This document shows, one piece after another, positions 27,517 through 38,051 of a stretch of 49,081 nt of DNA. A program made the translations under genes and the position numbers. The notes below the pieces were generated by a model. That model saw nothing but the letters and a program-made list of their open reading frames with translations. It searched no databases and was not told the DNA's origin. Positions within the stretch are counted from its first letter, which is position 1; every line of letters starts with the position of its first letter. Origin of the DNA: Eubacteriales bacterium (GTDB lineage: Bacteria > Bacillota > Clostridia > Oscillospirales > CAG-272); contig JAZOCO010000043.1 of NCBI GenBank assembly GCA_045596505.1, positions 1-49,081 on the forward strand, read 5' to 3'.

Positions 27517-29631
27517 TTAACCGTTGCCCTTATTGCGCTTTGCAACGATCTCTTCCTGAATGGACTTCGGCACTTGCTCGAAGCCGCAGGGCTCCATAGC
27601 GTAAACGCCGCGACCCTGAGTTTTGGAGCGAAGGTCGGTAGCATAGCCAAACATGTTGGCAAGCGGCACGATCGCATGAACCTCGGTTGCGCCGTTGGTG
27701 GGCTCCATCGACTGGATCTGACCGCGGCGGGAGTTAAAGTCACCGATAACATCGCCAAGGTAATCGTCCGGCACGGTGGTAACCACCTTCATAATAGGCT
27801 CGGTAAGCACAGGATCTGCCTTACGCATTGCTGCCTTAATAGCAATAGAGCCTGCGATCTTGAACGCCATTTCCGAGGAGTCGACCTCGTGATAAGAGCC
27901 ATCGTAAAGGGTGACCTTGATGTCAACTACGTTGTAGCCCGCAAGCACACCGCTTTGCAGCGCGCCCTGGATACCGTTGTCAACAGCAGGGATATACTCC
28001 TTCGGAATTGCACCGCCTGTAACGGCGTTGACAAATTCGTAGCCCTTGCCGGTTTCGTTGGGCTCGACGGTGATCTTAACGTGACCGTACTGACCCGAAC
28101 CGCCACTCTGGCGCTTGTATTTCTCCTCGTGGTCGACCTTCTTCTTGATGGTCTCCTTGTAAGCAACCTGAGGTGCACCGATGTTTGCCTCTACCTTAAA
28201 TTCGCGCAGAAGGCGGTCAACGATGATCTCAAGGTGAAGCTCACCCATACCTGCAATGATGGTCTGACCCGTTTCCTCATCCGTGTAGGTGCGGAAGGTG
28301 GGGTCCTCCTCTGCAAGCTTTGCAAGTGCAATGCCCATCTTTTCCTGACCTGCCTTGGTCTTGGGCTCGATCGCCACGTGAATAACGGGCTCGGGGAAGA
28401 CCATGGATTCAAGGATAACGGGATGCTTTTCGTCACAGAAGGTGTCGCCCGTAGTGGTGTTCTTCACACCAACGACTGCTGCGATATCGCCGCTGTAGCA
28501 AATGTCGATATCCGCACGGTTGTTTGCGTGCATTTGCAGGATACGGCCAAATCGCTCGCGCGCGCCCTTGGTGGAGTTGTAAGCGGTGGTGCCTGCCGCG
28601 ATCGTACCGGAGTAGACGCGGAAGAAGCAAAGCTTACCAACGTAAGGGTCAGTCATGATCTTGAATGCCAAAGCGGAGAAAGGTGCATTGTCGTCAGCGG
28701 GACGCTCTTCCTCCTCCTCGGTGTCGGGATTGATACCCTTGATCGCAGGGATATCCAAGGGAGAAGGCATATAGTCAAGCACTGCGTCAAGCAGCTTCTG
28801 CACACCCTTGTTTTTGTAAGAGGTGCCGCAGATGACGGGAACGATCTCATTGTTGATGGTAGCCTTGCGAAGTGCTGCCTTCAGCTCCTCAACCGTGATC
28901 TCCTCGTCCATGAGGAATTTCTCCATCAGCTCGTCATCGGTTGCGCAAATTGCCTCAACCATTGCGGCGCGGTATTCCTCTGCCTTTTCCTTCATATCCT
29001 CCGGAATGGGCTCGACGCGCATATCCTTACCCATATCGTCATAGTAAACGTCCGCCTCCATATTCATCAGGTCGATGATGCCGCGGAAGAGCGACTCAGA
29101 ACCGATGGGAAGCTGGATCGGAACGGCATTTGCCTTTAAGCGATCCTTGATCATACCTACAACGCGGTAAAAATCCGCACCCGTGATGTCCATCTTGTTG
29201 ACGTAGCACATACGCGGTACGCGATACTTGTCCGCCTGACGCCAAACGGTTTCAGACTGGGGCTCAACGCCGCCCTTTGCACAAAGAACGGTAACGGAGC
29301 CGTCAAGCACGCGCAGTGAGCGCTCTACCTCTACGGTAAAGTCAACGTGTCCGGGCGTGTCGATAATATTGATACGATGGGAAGCATCCTTCTCGCCCAC
29401 CTTTTCGGTGTGGGTCCAGAAGCACGTGGTTGCAGCGGATGTGATGGTGATACCACGCTCCTGCTCCTGTGCCATCCAGTCCATCGTAGCAGCACCCTCG
29501 TGCGTTTCGCCGATCTTGTGGGTCTTACCCGTGTAGAACAGGATACGCTCGGTGGTGGTAGTCTTACCGGCATCGATGTGTGCCATGATGCCAATATTAC
29601 GAGTCCTTTGAAGCGGATATTCTCTTGCCAT
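27517..29631 (-). CDS. fusA: Elongation factor G
   Basis: [30 protein letters not shown]. Confidence 0.99.
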   Translation of the reverse strand: MAREYPLQRTRNIGIMAHIDAGKTTTTERILFYTGKTHKIGETHEGAATMDWMAQEQERGITITSAATTCFWTHTEKVGEKDASHRINIIDTPGHVDFTVEVERSLRVLDGSVTVLCAKGGVEPQSETVWRQADKYRVPRMCYVNKMDITGADFYRVVGMIKDRLKANAVPIQLPIGSESLFRGIIDLMNMEADVYYDDMGKDMRVEPIPEDMKEKAEEYRAAMVEAICATDDELMEKFLMDEEITVEELKAALRKATINNEIVPVICGTSYKNKGVQKLLDAVLDYMPSPLDIPAIKGINPDTEEEEERPADDNAPFSALAFKIMTDPYVGKLCFFRVYSGTIAAGTTAYNSTKGARERFGRILQMHANNRADIDICYSGDIAAVVGVKNTTTGDTFCDEKHPVILESMVFPEPVIHVAIEPKTKAGQEKMGIALAKLAEEDPTFRTYTDEETGQTIIAGMGELHLEIIVDRLLREFKVEANIGAPQVAYKETIKKKVDHEEKYKRQSGGSGQYGHVKITVEPNETGKGYEFVNAVTGGAIPKEYIPAVDNGIQGALQSGVLAGYNVVDIKVTLYDGSYHEVDSSEMAFKIAGSIAIKAAMRKADPVLTEPIMKVVTTVPDDYLGDVIGDFNSRRGQIQSMEPTNGATEVHAIVPLANMFGYATDLRSKTQGRGVYAMEPCGFEQVPKSIQEEIVAKRNKGNG

Positions 29632-29643
29632 ATCGGACTCCTC

Positions 29644-30114
29644 TTAATATCTGTAATGTGCGAAAGCCTTGTTGGCTTCTGCCATTCTGTGGGTTTCTTC
29701 CTTCTTCTTGAACGCGCCACCCATACTGTTCTTTGCGTCGAGGATCTCGGCAGCAAGGCGATCAGCCATGGTGCGTTCGCCGCGCTTTCTGGCAAACAGA
29801 ATGAGCCAACGAAGTCCAAGCGTCTGACGGCGCTCTGCACGGACCTCCATCGGAACCTGATAGGTAGAACCGCCTACACGGCGAGCCTTTACCTCCAGCA
29901 CGGGCATAATGTTTTCAAGAGCTTCGTTAAATACTTCGAGGGGATTCTGACCCAGCTTTTCCTCGATGGTGCGGAATGCATCATACACGATCTTCTGGGC
30001 AACACCCTTCTTGCCGTCTTCCATTACGTTGTTTACCAGCTTGGTAACAAGCTTCGAATTATACAACGGATCCGGAAGCACGTCTCTTTTAGATATACGA
30101 CCTCTTCTCGGCAC
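29644..30114 (-). CDS. rpsG: 30S ribosomal protein S7
   Basis: GTG start after GAAGGAGGG; [11 protein letters not shown] and [12 protein letters not shown]. Confidence 0.98.
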   Translation of the reverse strand: MPRRGRISKRDVLPDPLYNSKLVTKLVNNVMEDGKKGVAQKIVYDAFRTIEEKLGQNPLEVFNEALENIMPVLEVKARRVGGSTYQVPMEVRAERRQTLGLRWLILFARKRGERTMADRLAAEILDAKNSMGGAFKKKEETHRMAEANKAFAHYRY

Positions 30115-30253
30115 TTTTCTTCCCTCCTTCATTAAAAATATGAAATCATTGGTACTCGGGCTTTCCACCCGTCAGCGCTCGTCAAGGGTAAAACATAAAC
30201 ATTAAAATTTCTGCTCAACCGGACGATGCTTTTTTTAATACCCTGCTCCCCAA

Positions 30254-30667
30254 TTACTTCTTAGGAGCCTTTGCGCCGTACTTAGAACGGCTCTGCTTGC
30301 GGTTTGCAACGCCCTGTGCGTCAAGAGTACCGCGAATAACGTGGTAACGAACACCGGGCAGGTCTCTTACACGTCCGCCGCGAATAAGGACAACGGAGTG
30401 CTCCTGCAGGTTGTGACCGATACCGGGAATGTAGGTGGTTGCCTCAAGACCGTTGGTAAGACGAACTCTTGCGATCTTACGAAGTGCAGAGTTAGGCTTC
30501 TTCGGGCTTGTGGTGGATACCTTCGTGCAAACGCCTCTTCTTTGAGGTGCGCGCTGGTCGGTCTGCTCGTTACGAAGCGTATTCAGTCCTTTTTGCAACA
30601 CGGGGGACTTGGACTTGTACGTTTTGTCGGTGCGGCCCTGTCTGACAAGCTGATTAAAGGTTGGCAT
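30254..30667 (-). CDS. rpsL: 30S ribosomal protein S12
   Basis: [26 protein letters not shown]; promoter TTGACA-17-TATAAT (30769-30741). Confidence 0.99.
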   Translation of the reverse strand: MPTFNQLVRQGRTDKTYKSKSPVLQKGLNTLRNEQTDQRAPQRRGVCTKVSTTSPKKPNSALRKIARVRLTNGLEATTYIPGIGHNLQEHSVVLIRGGRVRDLPGVRYHVIRGTLDAQGVANRKQSRSKYGAKAPKK

Positions 30668-31016
30668 TTTCTTCCTCCTTCTTAAAAATTTTAATGTTTA
30701 AGCTAAAATGGGCATAGTTATCCCAAAGCGCTTACGGTTCATTATACCATTTCTTTTTTTCGTTGTCAAGAGAAAAGTGATTTTCTACCTTTTGCACAAA
30801 AAATGCGCCGTTATACCGATCATTTTGCACCGTTTGGGGTGTTTTTATGCAAAATTAACCAAAAAGGCGCAGCGTTTGTTTCAGCGTTTGTTTCAAAACA
30901 ACGCGTGACGCGCGCGTGCGATTCTTGAATTTTTGAATGTTGAGTGAATGGGGTTGATTTTAAAAGAAAAAGGGCGTATAATGGAACAAGAACGATTAAA
31001 AAGGGGGGGATCTTTG

Positions 31017-31409
31017 ATGAATTACGATCCTAACAACGGCTACAACCGCGACACCGAGCGGCAAAACGCCTGGCACTACGAAAGCAGTGGGCAGAGCTGG
31101 CAATACGGGAGCGAGCAGATGCCACCCGTCAACAACCCCTTTGAGGGGCAAAAAAGTGCGCAAACGGCGCAAACCCTTGGTATCGTTGCGCTTGTGATTT
31201 CCCTTGTGCTCTTTCCACCCGTGGGGATCATACTCGGCATTCTGGCAATCACACGCGCCCGCGCTGCCAAGCGTTCCCTTGGCTACGAGATCTCCGAGGC
31301 AAGGGTGGGGCGCATCTGCGGCATCATTGCAATTGTGTTCGGCGGTGTTTCCATCGTTGCAAACGTGTTTTTGTACATACTTGCCTTTATCCTTTTCGGG
31401 CTATTTTAA
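31017..31409 (+). CDS. Small membrane protein, DUF4190-like
   Basis: Polar N-terminus; LGIVAL...GIILGILAI...ARVGRICGIIAI pattern; promoter TTGATT-17-TATAAT (30954-30982). Confidence 0.7.
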   Translation: MNYDPNNGYNRDTERQNAWHYESSGQSWQYGSEQMPPVNNPFEGQKSAQTAQTLGIVALVISLVLFPPVGIILGILAITRARAAKRSLGYEISEARVGRICGIIAIVFGGVSIVANVFLYILAFILFGLF

Positions 31410-31428
31410 ATTTAAATTGGGATAAAAA

Positions 31429-31461
31429 AGGCTGCCTCAAATTTGCAATTTGAGGCAGCCT
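31429..31461. repeat. Palindromic repeat-family copy / bidirectional terminator
   Basis: AGGCTGCCTCAAATT-tgc-AATTTGAGGCAGCCT between convergent genes. Confidence 0.8.
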
Positions 31462-31464
31462 CTT

Positions 31465-33276
31465 TTATATAACGGTAAGCCCGAAAAGGCAGATCAGGAA
31501 AAGAAATACAAGCAGCAGGATCGCCGAATATGCAATGCGCTTATGCAGCTTTCTGTCAAGCACGGTAAAGACAAAGGCGAAAAGATATGACACCACCGTG
31601 CCGATCGCCGCTAAAAGGACGAGTATCTGCATAGCAAGATAAGCCGAGGAGATCGCCGCCGCGCCCACATTATATGCTACCAGCAGCTGGATCGCAACAA
31701 GCACACCGAGGAAGCAAGCAAAAAGATCGGGCAAAAGCGGCAAAAGACGCACGTCCCTACCGTTACAGCGATCGGAAATATGCCGTACAAGACACAATAG
31801 TCCTGACAAAACGAAGTATGCGGTAAGCAACAGGAGCGCACCAAGCAGCAAGGCAGCAGGCACGCGGGAATAATAAAACGGCAGCGGCGTATAGCTCTCG
31901 CCCTTATCGGTGACGATCGCCGTGACCTCACCATCTTCGTTTAGCAAAAACTGCACCACAGGACGGCTGATATCGCCATCGGCATCGGCAAAAACGCCGC
32001 GCGCGATCTGCACAAGGCGCATACCAAGGAACTCTACCGTTCCGTCATCGTTTGCGCTGACCGTGACGCGCTCTCCTATTGCCTGAAGGCGTCCGACGAG
32101 CGTGCGTGCCTCCCCGCGAGTGGAAAGATACGTGCCCGTAAGATCCTTCACGTTAAGTGGCTCGCCCTCGGGTAAAGGCAAAGGCAACGCCGCACCTGTA
32201 AAGGTTGTTTGCGGCAGTGAAAGAAGTGTATTTTGTGCAGTGTTGGTGAGCACCAGCATCAGCTCTCCCTTTTGGCGGTCAAACGCAAGAGAAGCGCCAA
32301 AAAAGCGGGTAGCGGTACCAAGTGAGTAGACCGCGCCGCACCCATGGAGCACCATGGCGGTGGGGGCAAAGGTTGAGGCGGCATCTTGAAGAAGCTCCTG
32401 CCCGACACGTGGTAGCGGCGCTTCCCCCTCGCACAAGAGCCAACCGAAAAAGCGAGCGAGATCCGCCGCGGTGCTTGCCGCGCCAGTTGCGGGATAAAGC
32501 CCCGCGTAGGTCCGATATCTACCCGTATCGGTAACGAACACACCGTTATCCGTCATACGGTAGCCGACGGCGGGATTTTCAAAGACCGTGTCGGCAGTAA
32601 ACCTGAGCACGGTATCGTTCATGCCAAGGGGATATAAAAGATGCTCCGTCACGTAGCTTTCATACGCCATGCCGCTTGCGTGCTCGATCACCAATGCAGC
32701 AAGCGCCATGCCGAAGCGCGAATACGCAAAGACAGTGCCGGGAACAGTCACCTGCTGTGGCACGTCGGCAAGCAATGCCTCCTCAAGACTTTCAAAGCAA
32801 TACCTATCCTTATCAAAGGAAACGTCAAGCACTCTGCCGCCAAAGCCGGCATACCCTGTGAGGAGCTGACGGGTGGTGACAGGATAGGAAAGCGCGAGAT
32901 CCTTTACCAGCTTTTCGGGCAGATACGTGGCGATATCAGCATCAAGATCAAGACGCCCCTCATCTGTGAGCAGCAACGCCGTTGCCGCCACAAAAAGTGC
33001 CGAAAGATCGCCTATTTCAAACACCGTATCGGGTGTAACCAACAAACGCGTGTCAAGATCGGCATACCCAAAGCCATCTGCCATAACGGCCGTTCCGTTT
33101 TTAAGGAGCACCACCGCGGCGCCCACAGTATCCACGCCAACGCTGGCTAACACCGCCCCCTCAACGATGGCGACAGACGCATCAAAGGGGGCAACGGGCG
33201 CCGCCGCTACCGGCATCAGAAGCGCAGCAAGCAATGTGACGGCAAGTAAGCCCGCCACGATATGTTTTGTTCTCAT
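31465..33276 (-). CDS. Beta-lactamase/serine hydrolase-fold membrane protein with degenerate active site
   Basis: Signal peptide, GFGYAD, DTVFEIG, GRLDLD, PLGMNDT and three C-terminal TM helices; SxxK reads DLSA. Confidence 0.85.
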   Translation of the reverse strand: MRTKHIVAGLLAVTLLAALLMPVAAAPVAPFDASVAIVEGAVLASVGVDTVGAAVVLLKNGTAVMADGFGYADLDTRLLVTPDTVFEIGDLSALFVAATALLLTDEGRLDLDADIATYLPEKLVKDLALSYPVTTRQLLTGYAGFGGRVLDVSFDKDRYCFESLEEALLADVPQQVTVPGTVFAYSRFGMALAALVIEHASGMAYESYVTEHLLYPLGMNDTVLRFTADTVFENPAVGYRMTDNGVFVTDTGRYRTYAGLYPATGAASTAADLARFFGWLLCEGEAPLPRVGQELLQDAASTFAPTAMVLHGCGAVYSLGTATRFFGASLAFDRQKGELMLVLTNTAQNTLLSLPQTTFTGAALPLPLPEGEPLNVKDLTGTYLSTRGEARTLVGRLQAIGERVTVSANDDGTVEFLGMRLVQIARGVFADADGDISRPVVQFLLNEDGEVTAIVTDKGESYTPLPFYYSRVPAALLLGALLLLTAYFVLSGLLCLVRHISDRCNGRDVRLLPLLPDLFACFLGVLVAIQLLVAYNVGAAAISSAYLAMQILVLLAAIGTVVSYLFAFVFTVLDRKLHKRIAYSAILLLVFLFLICLFGLTVI

Positions 33277-33377
33277 ACCACACCCTCCTCTTGATGATAC
33301 CTATATTCTACCATACTTTTCCCATTTTGGCAAGTTCTTTGCTTATTTTTACCCCAACTGCCTTTCCCTATACAAAA

Positions 33378-33413
33378 AGGGGCAGTCGCAAATTTTCATT
33401 TGCGACAGCCCCT
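33378..33413. repeat. Palindromic repeat-family copy
   Basis: AGGGGCaGTCGCAAAT-tttc-ATTTGCGACaGCCCCT. Confidence 0.7.
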
Positions 33414-33429
33414 GTTCTCTTTAAAATAA

Positions 33430-34419
33430 TTAAACTAATTTCGGCAAAACGGCATCACGAACCATCGCCTCAGCTTCCTCGGCCGAGGAAGCCGTGAGAG
33501 TCGCGCCTGCGGCGCGCGAATGACCGCCACCGCCAAAGCCGGCAGCGATCTGTGCCACGTCAAGCTCGACATTTGCGCGTAGGGAAACGCGGAAATTCCC
33601 ATCCCTTGTGCCACGGATCGCCGCCGCGACCTCAACGCCCCGCACACAGCGCGCAACGTCGATCAGTGTGCTAAGATGCTCTTCCCTAACGCCAAGCTCA
33701 CACTGCAAGGAATAGGGAAAGGTTATGATCGCGAGCTTGCCATCCGCATAAAAGCGAAGACGCTCGAAGCCCGCCTTTTCTGCCTTCAGCCCCTCATACG
33801 ATCTGGTTTCAAAAAGCAGCCGATTGATCCTTGCGGTATCAATCCCCTCTTTCACCAGCACCGCCGCGTGCAGATGCGTGTTTTCGTTTACGTTTGAATA
33901 TCGAAAGCATCCTGTATCCGAGGAAATAGCGGCATAAAGCAGCTCAGCAGCCTCCCGCGGCACGTCAGCGCCCGATGCGGCGATCAGATCAAAGACCAGC
34001 TCGCCGCAAGCGGCGGCGTGCGGGTCGATAAGATGATCGGCATACGGCGTTCCCGTGCCATGATGATCGATCATCAATAAAACACGGTCGCCAAAGCGAT
34101 CGAAAAGTGATCCAAGCTGCGCGGGCGATGCAGTATCCACAGTGACGATACGTGCATTTTCAAAGCCCGCGGGGATGCTTTCCGACAAAACGCTCTCTTG
34201 CAGGCCCTTTGTCAAAAAGGAGAGATACTGCGGCACCTCGTCTGCCGAAACGCAGTAGCACTTGCTCCCCATTGCGCCAAGCCAAAGGGAAAGTGCAAAA
34301 GCAGAGCCCACCGCATCCCCGTCAGGTCGTGCGTGAAAAAGGATCAGCGTGGGAGCGGGCTTTCTTAGAATTTCAACGACCTCGCCAAGGGTGAGCGCGC
34401 GAAAATCAGTTTTCCCCAT
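33430..34419 (-). CDS. nrnA: DHH/DHHA1 phosphoesterase (NrnA-like)
   Basis: HARPDGDAVGS, VD, IDHH, SDTG, FGGGGH motifs; follows rbfA. Confidence 0.9.
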   Translation of the reverse strand: MGKTDFRALTLGEVVEILRKPAPTLILFHARPDGDAVGSAFALSLWLGAMGSKCYCVSADEVPQYLSFLTKGLQESVLSESIPAGFENARIVTVDTASPAQLGSLFDRFGDRVLLMIDHHGTGTPYADHLIDPHAAACGELVFDLIAASGADVPREAAELLYAAISSDTGCFRYSNVNENTHLHAAVLVKEGIDTARINRLLFETRSYEGLKAEKAGFERLRFYADGKLAIITFPYSLQCELGVREEHLSTLIDVARCVRGVEVAAAIRGTRDGNFRVSLRANVELDVAQIAAGFGGGGHSRAAGATLTASSAEEAEAMVRDAVLPKLV

Positions 34420-34777
34420 ACTCTTCCCCATCCTCCTCGCTGATCTCAATGGAATTAAGAAGCTTCGAGATATGAGCGCCATAGGCAATGGAGTTGTCCT
34501 CCACAAAGGTAAACTCGGGCGTGGCACGCAGATTAAGGCGCTGTGCCACCTGACGACGAATAAAGCCCGCCGAGGATTTCAGCCCCTGTCGCACCTCCTT
34601 CGGCTCGCCACGCATTGCCGAATAGTAGACCTTTGCATATTTGAGATCGGGTGTAACGTCAACGCCCGTGATGCTGATGAATGCATCCGACACGCGCGGA
34701 TCCTTGACCTCGCGCATGATCGCTGCCAGCTCCTTTTTCATTTCATCGTTGATGCGGCCTCTCCTATAATTTGCCAT
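34406..34777 (-). CDS. rbfA: Ribosome-binding factor A
   Basis: VKDPR, VTPDLKYAKVY, GFIR, LRATPEFTF. Confidence 0.96.
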   Translation of the reverse strand: MANYRRGRINDEMKKELAAIMREVKDPRVSDAFISITGVDVTPDLKYAKVYYSAMRGEPKEVRQGLKSSAGFIRRQVAQRLNLRATPEFTFVEDNSIAYGAHISKLLNSIEISEEDGEEYGEN

Positions 34778-34810
34778 AAAGCTTCCTTTCCAAGTGGGAT
34801 TTGTCAAAGA

Positions 34811-35078
34811 GGGCTGTCTCAAATTTGCATTTGAGACAGCCCCTCCAAGGGGGATGGTCAGATTTAGACGAGAAGCGTTCATCGTGGGGCGTGAGGCGTA
34901 CTCAGTACGTCGAGCCTTGAGAGGGACGCTAGAAAAAGTCCGTTTTAAAATGGAAGAATTTCGAAGAAATTCAACCTATTTTCTTCGCACAACCGTCTCA
35001 TTTGCTCTTTTTGTGGGCAAATGAGTTTTTTCTTTATTCTGCGGACTTTTTCGGTCGCGCCAAATATGACAGCCCCTT
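34811..35078. mobile_element. Palindrome plus ~225-bp nested-hairpin MITE-like element
   Basis: GGGCTGTCTCAAAT-ttgc-ATTTGAGACAGCCC (34811-34842); imperfect outer IR GGGGATGGTCAGATTT / AAATATGACAGCCCC; inner IR GAAAAAGTCCG / CGGACTTTTTC. Confidence 0.6.
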
Positions 35079-35081
35079 TAT

Positions 35082-35849
35082 TTATTGTGCTGCGTCTACA
35101 ATAGCAGTAAACTTCTCTGCCACAAGTGACGCGCCGCCGATCAGACCACCGTCAACATTCGGCTTTGCCAGCAGCTCGGCTGCGTTCTTCTCGTTCATAG
35201 AGCCGCCATACTGAATGGTGGTTGCCTCGGCAACCTCGCTGCCGTACAGCTCGACGAGAACATCACGGATCACGCCACAGGTCTCCTCAGCCTGCTCGGG
35301 CGTTGCCGTGAGACCTGTGCCGATCGCCCAAACGGGCTCGTAGGCAATGACCACGTTCTTCATATCCTCGGCACTGATGCCTGCAAGATCAAGCTTGATC
35401 TGCATCGCACACACCTCGTTGGTGATGCCTGCAACGCGCTGCTCCTTGACCTCACCCATGCAAAGGATCACGCGCATGCCTGCCGCAAGCGCTGCCTTTG
35501 TACGAAGATTGACAGTCTCATCCGTTTCGCCAAAGTACTGGCGGCGCTCGGAGTGACCGACGATCACGGTGTCAACGCCGATCGCCTTCAGCATTTCAGC
35601 GGACACCTCGCCCGTATAAGCACCCTTAGCGGCAAAATGCACGTTCTCGGCACCGATCTTGATATTAGAGCCCTTTGCCGCCTCCATAGCGGCTGCAATG
35701 GTCACGTAGGGTGCGCAGAAAATAATATCACAGTTATCCTTGCCCGCCACCATCGGCTTGATCTCGCCGATAAACGCGGTAGCTTCCGCAGGCGTCATAT
35801 TCATTTTCCAGTTGCCTGCAATGACAGTTCTTCTCTTTGCGGGGTTCAT
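35082..35849 (-). CDS. tpiA: Triosephosphate isomerase
   Basis: AGNWKMN, GHSERR, AYEPVWAIGTG. Confidence 0.99.
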   Translation of the reverse strand: MNPAKRRTVIAGNWKMNMTPAEATAFIGEIKPMVAGKDNCDIIFCAPYVTIAAAMEAAKGSNIKIGAENVHFAAKGAYTGEVSAEMLKAIGVDTVIVGHSERRQYFGETDETVNLRTKAALAAGMRVILCMGEVKEQRVAGITNEVCAMQIKLDLAGISAEDMKNVVIAYEPVWAIGTGLTATPEQAEETCGVIRDVLVELYGSEVAEATTIQYGGSMNEKNAAELLAKPNVDGGLIGGASLVAEKFTAIVDAAQ

Positions 35850-35885
35850 TAGATAGCTTCCTCTCTTTTACGTGATTTATGAAAA

Positions 35886-37181
35886 TTATTTGTCAAGAAG
35901 GCATGCGATGCCCGGCAAGGTCTTGCCCTCAAGGAACTCAAGGGATGCGCCGCCACCCGTAGATACGTGGGTCATCTTATCGGCAAAGCCAAGCTTTTCA
36001 ACGGCTGCTGCAGAGTCACCGCCGCCGATGATCGAAATAGCGCCGCTTTCTGCCACTGCCTTAGCAACAGCCTCAGTGCCTGCTGCAAAATTCTCCCACT
36101 CGGAAACGCCCATCGGGCCGTTCCAAACAACGGTGCCTGCGTTTTTCAGGACCTCGGCAAACGCCTTTTGGGACTTCTCGCCAACGTCAAGACCCATCCA
36201 ACCTGCGGGCATTGCATCGGAATCCACCACCATGCTTTCGGTATTGGGATCATATGCCTTGCCGACCTTGTTGTCAAGGGGCAGCATAAAGTTTACGCCC
36301 TTTGCCTTTGCCTTTGCCATCAGCTCAAGCGCAAGATCGAGCTTATCGTTCTCGCAAATAGAGGTGCCGATCTCAAGCCCCTGTGCCTTGAAGAAGGTAT
36401 ATGCCATACCGCCACCGACAATGAGGGTGTCCACCTTTTCAATAAGGTTGTTGATAACACCGATCTTATCGGACACCTTAGCGCCGCCAAGGATCGCCAC
36501 GAAGGGACGCTTCGGGTCGGAAAGCGCGCCGCCCATAATGGAGATCTCCTTTTGAATGAGGTAGCCACAAACAGCGGGCAGATAGTCTGCAAGGCCTGCG
36601 GTGGATGCGTGTGCGCGGTGTGCCGTGCCGAACGCGTCGTTTACGTAGATCTCGGCAAGAGATGCCATTTCCTTGGCAAACTCGGGATCGTTCTTGGTCT
36701 CCTTTTTGTGGAAGCGCACGTTTTCAAGGAGCAAAACCTCGCCTGCCTTAAGAGCAGCCGCCTTTGCCTTTGCATCAGCGCCCACCACGTCCTTTGCCAT
36801 TTGAACCTCAATGCCGAGCAGCTCGGAGAGCCTTTTTGCGATGGGTGCAAGAGAAAACTTCTTGTCGTCGTCCTTTGCCTTGTCAAGGTAAGCGGCAGTA
36901 GCGGCTGCCTGCTCGGACTCGGGGAGCTCCGCCACCTTTGCCTTTTCCTTCTTGTCAAGCTCTACCTTTGCATCAAACACATTGTGGGGTCTGCCAAAGT
37001 GAGAGCAAAGGATAACAGCCGCACCCTTGTTCAGCAGGTACTGAATGGTAGGCAGCGCGCCGACGATACGCTTATCATCGGTGATAACACCGTCCTTCAT
37101 CGGAACGTTGAAGTCGCAGCGTGCAATTACCTTTTTGCCGGCAACCTCGATATCTTCAATAGTCTTCTTGTTGTAGGTCAT
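35886..37181 (-). CDS. pgk: Phosphoglycerate kinase
   Basis: [44 protein letters not shown]. Confidence 0.98.
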   Translation of the reverse strand: MTYNKKTIEDIEVAGKKVIARCDFNVPMKDGVITDDKRIVGALPTIQYLLNKGAAVILCSHFGRPHNVFDAKVELDKKEKAKVAELPESEQAAATAAYLDKAKDDDKKFSLAPIAKRLSELLGIEVQMAKDVVGADAKAKAAALKAGEVLLLENVRFHKKETKNDPEFAKEMASLAEIYVNDAFGTAHRAHASTAGLADYLPAVCGYLIQKEISIMGGALSDPKRPFVAILGGAKVSDKIGVINNLIEKVDTLIVGGGMAYTFFKAQGLEIGTSICENDKLDLALELMAKAKAKGVNFMLPLDNKVGKAYDPNTESMVVDSDAMPAGWMGLDVGEKSQKAFAEVLKNAGTVVWNGPMGVSEWENFAAGTEAVAKAVAESGAISIIGGGDSAAAVEKLGFADKMTHVSTGGGASLEFLEGKTLPGIACLLDK

Positions 37182-37292
37182 TTGATGATCCACCTTTCAT
37201 AAGTTTGACACCCAAAAAAAGATGTCTTGTATCAAAACAGTAATATTTTACCACATTGTCGAAAATTTATCAAGAGCAATGCCAAAAAAATA

Positions 37293-38051
37293 TTATTTAT
37301 ATTTTTTGAAGATCTTGCCAAGGAGATCGCGTGCGACGGAAGGCTTTTGGGGTACTTGTGTCCTTGCCCTTGGGGGAGCTGTCTTCGGCACCTTCTCAAG
37401 TCGTATAAGACGGGGCGTGACGGACGCTTCTTTCGGAGGGAGCTGTGCGGCAACTATGGGCGAGATCTTTTGCTCGGCTTTTGGGGGCAAGGGCAGTTGC
37501 TGTGTGGCAGGCGGCACCTCATCGCAAATATCCTGCGGTTGTTCCACCTCGTTGAAGAACACTTCCGCCTCGATCGGCTCGGGGGCAAAAATGGGCTTGT
37601 CTGCCTCAAAGGGCAAAACGGGCTTTGGTGAAGCGGGCTTAGCCGCCGCGCCCCGTGGGGGCTTCATGGTAAGGGGGGTAAGCCCCTCCTTGGTATAAAA
37701 CAGGATCTCATAATCCGAAACGCCACGCCGCAGCATGGTTATGGCGCGCAGGCACGCCTTTTTGGTGGCGTATGCGGGCGAGGTCAGCACGCTCTTGCCG
37801 TTTGCGGATTTCATCAAAAAGACGAAGCCCGTGCCCGCAGCTGTGATCTCAAATTTGGGATTTTTTCCGTACTCCCCCACGGTGGCATCCAGCACAGGGA
37901 TCACGGGAGCGTTGACGATAAGACTGGCAATGCCCTTTTTGCAGGCATCGAGCGTTCTATAATCGCGCGACACCGCGAGGATCCGTCCGCTATCGGAGCG
38001 AAGCGAAAAGCGATCGCCCGCCGCTGAGCGTGAAATGATAAATTGACCCAT
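37293..38051 (-). CDS. YegP/DUF1508-like protein with Pro-rich tail
   Basis: Two F-x-L-x-(S/A)-x-(N/S)-G...S-x2-Y units followed by a low-complexity C-terminus. Confidence 0.75.
   Translation of the reverse strand: MGQFIISRSAAGDRFSLRSDSGRILAVSRDYRTLDACKKGIASLIVNAPVIPVLDATVGEYGKNPKFEITAAGTGFVFLMKSANGKSVLTSPAYATKKACLRAITMLRRGVSDYEILFYTKEGLTPLTMKPPRGAAAKPASPKPVLPFEADKPIFAPEPIEAEVFFNEVEQPQDICDEVPPATQQLPLPPKAEQKISPIVAAQLPPKEASVTPRLIRLEKVPKTAPPRARTQVPQKPSVARDLLGKIFKKYK

Noticed and set aside
26106-29139. Long plus-strand ORFs of 343 and 521 aa (also 35967-37202)
   Set aside because: Antisense shadows of the highly codon-biased tuf, fusA and pgk genes
30870-30895. Tandem CAGCGTTTGTTT repeat (two copies)
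   Set aside because: Two copies only, with no supporting context
31465-33276. Beta-lactam resistance gene
   Set aside because: Catalytic SxxK and YxN motifs are absent
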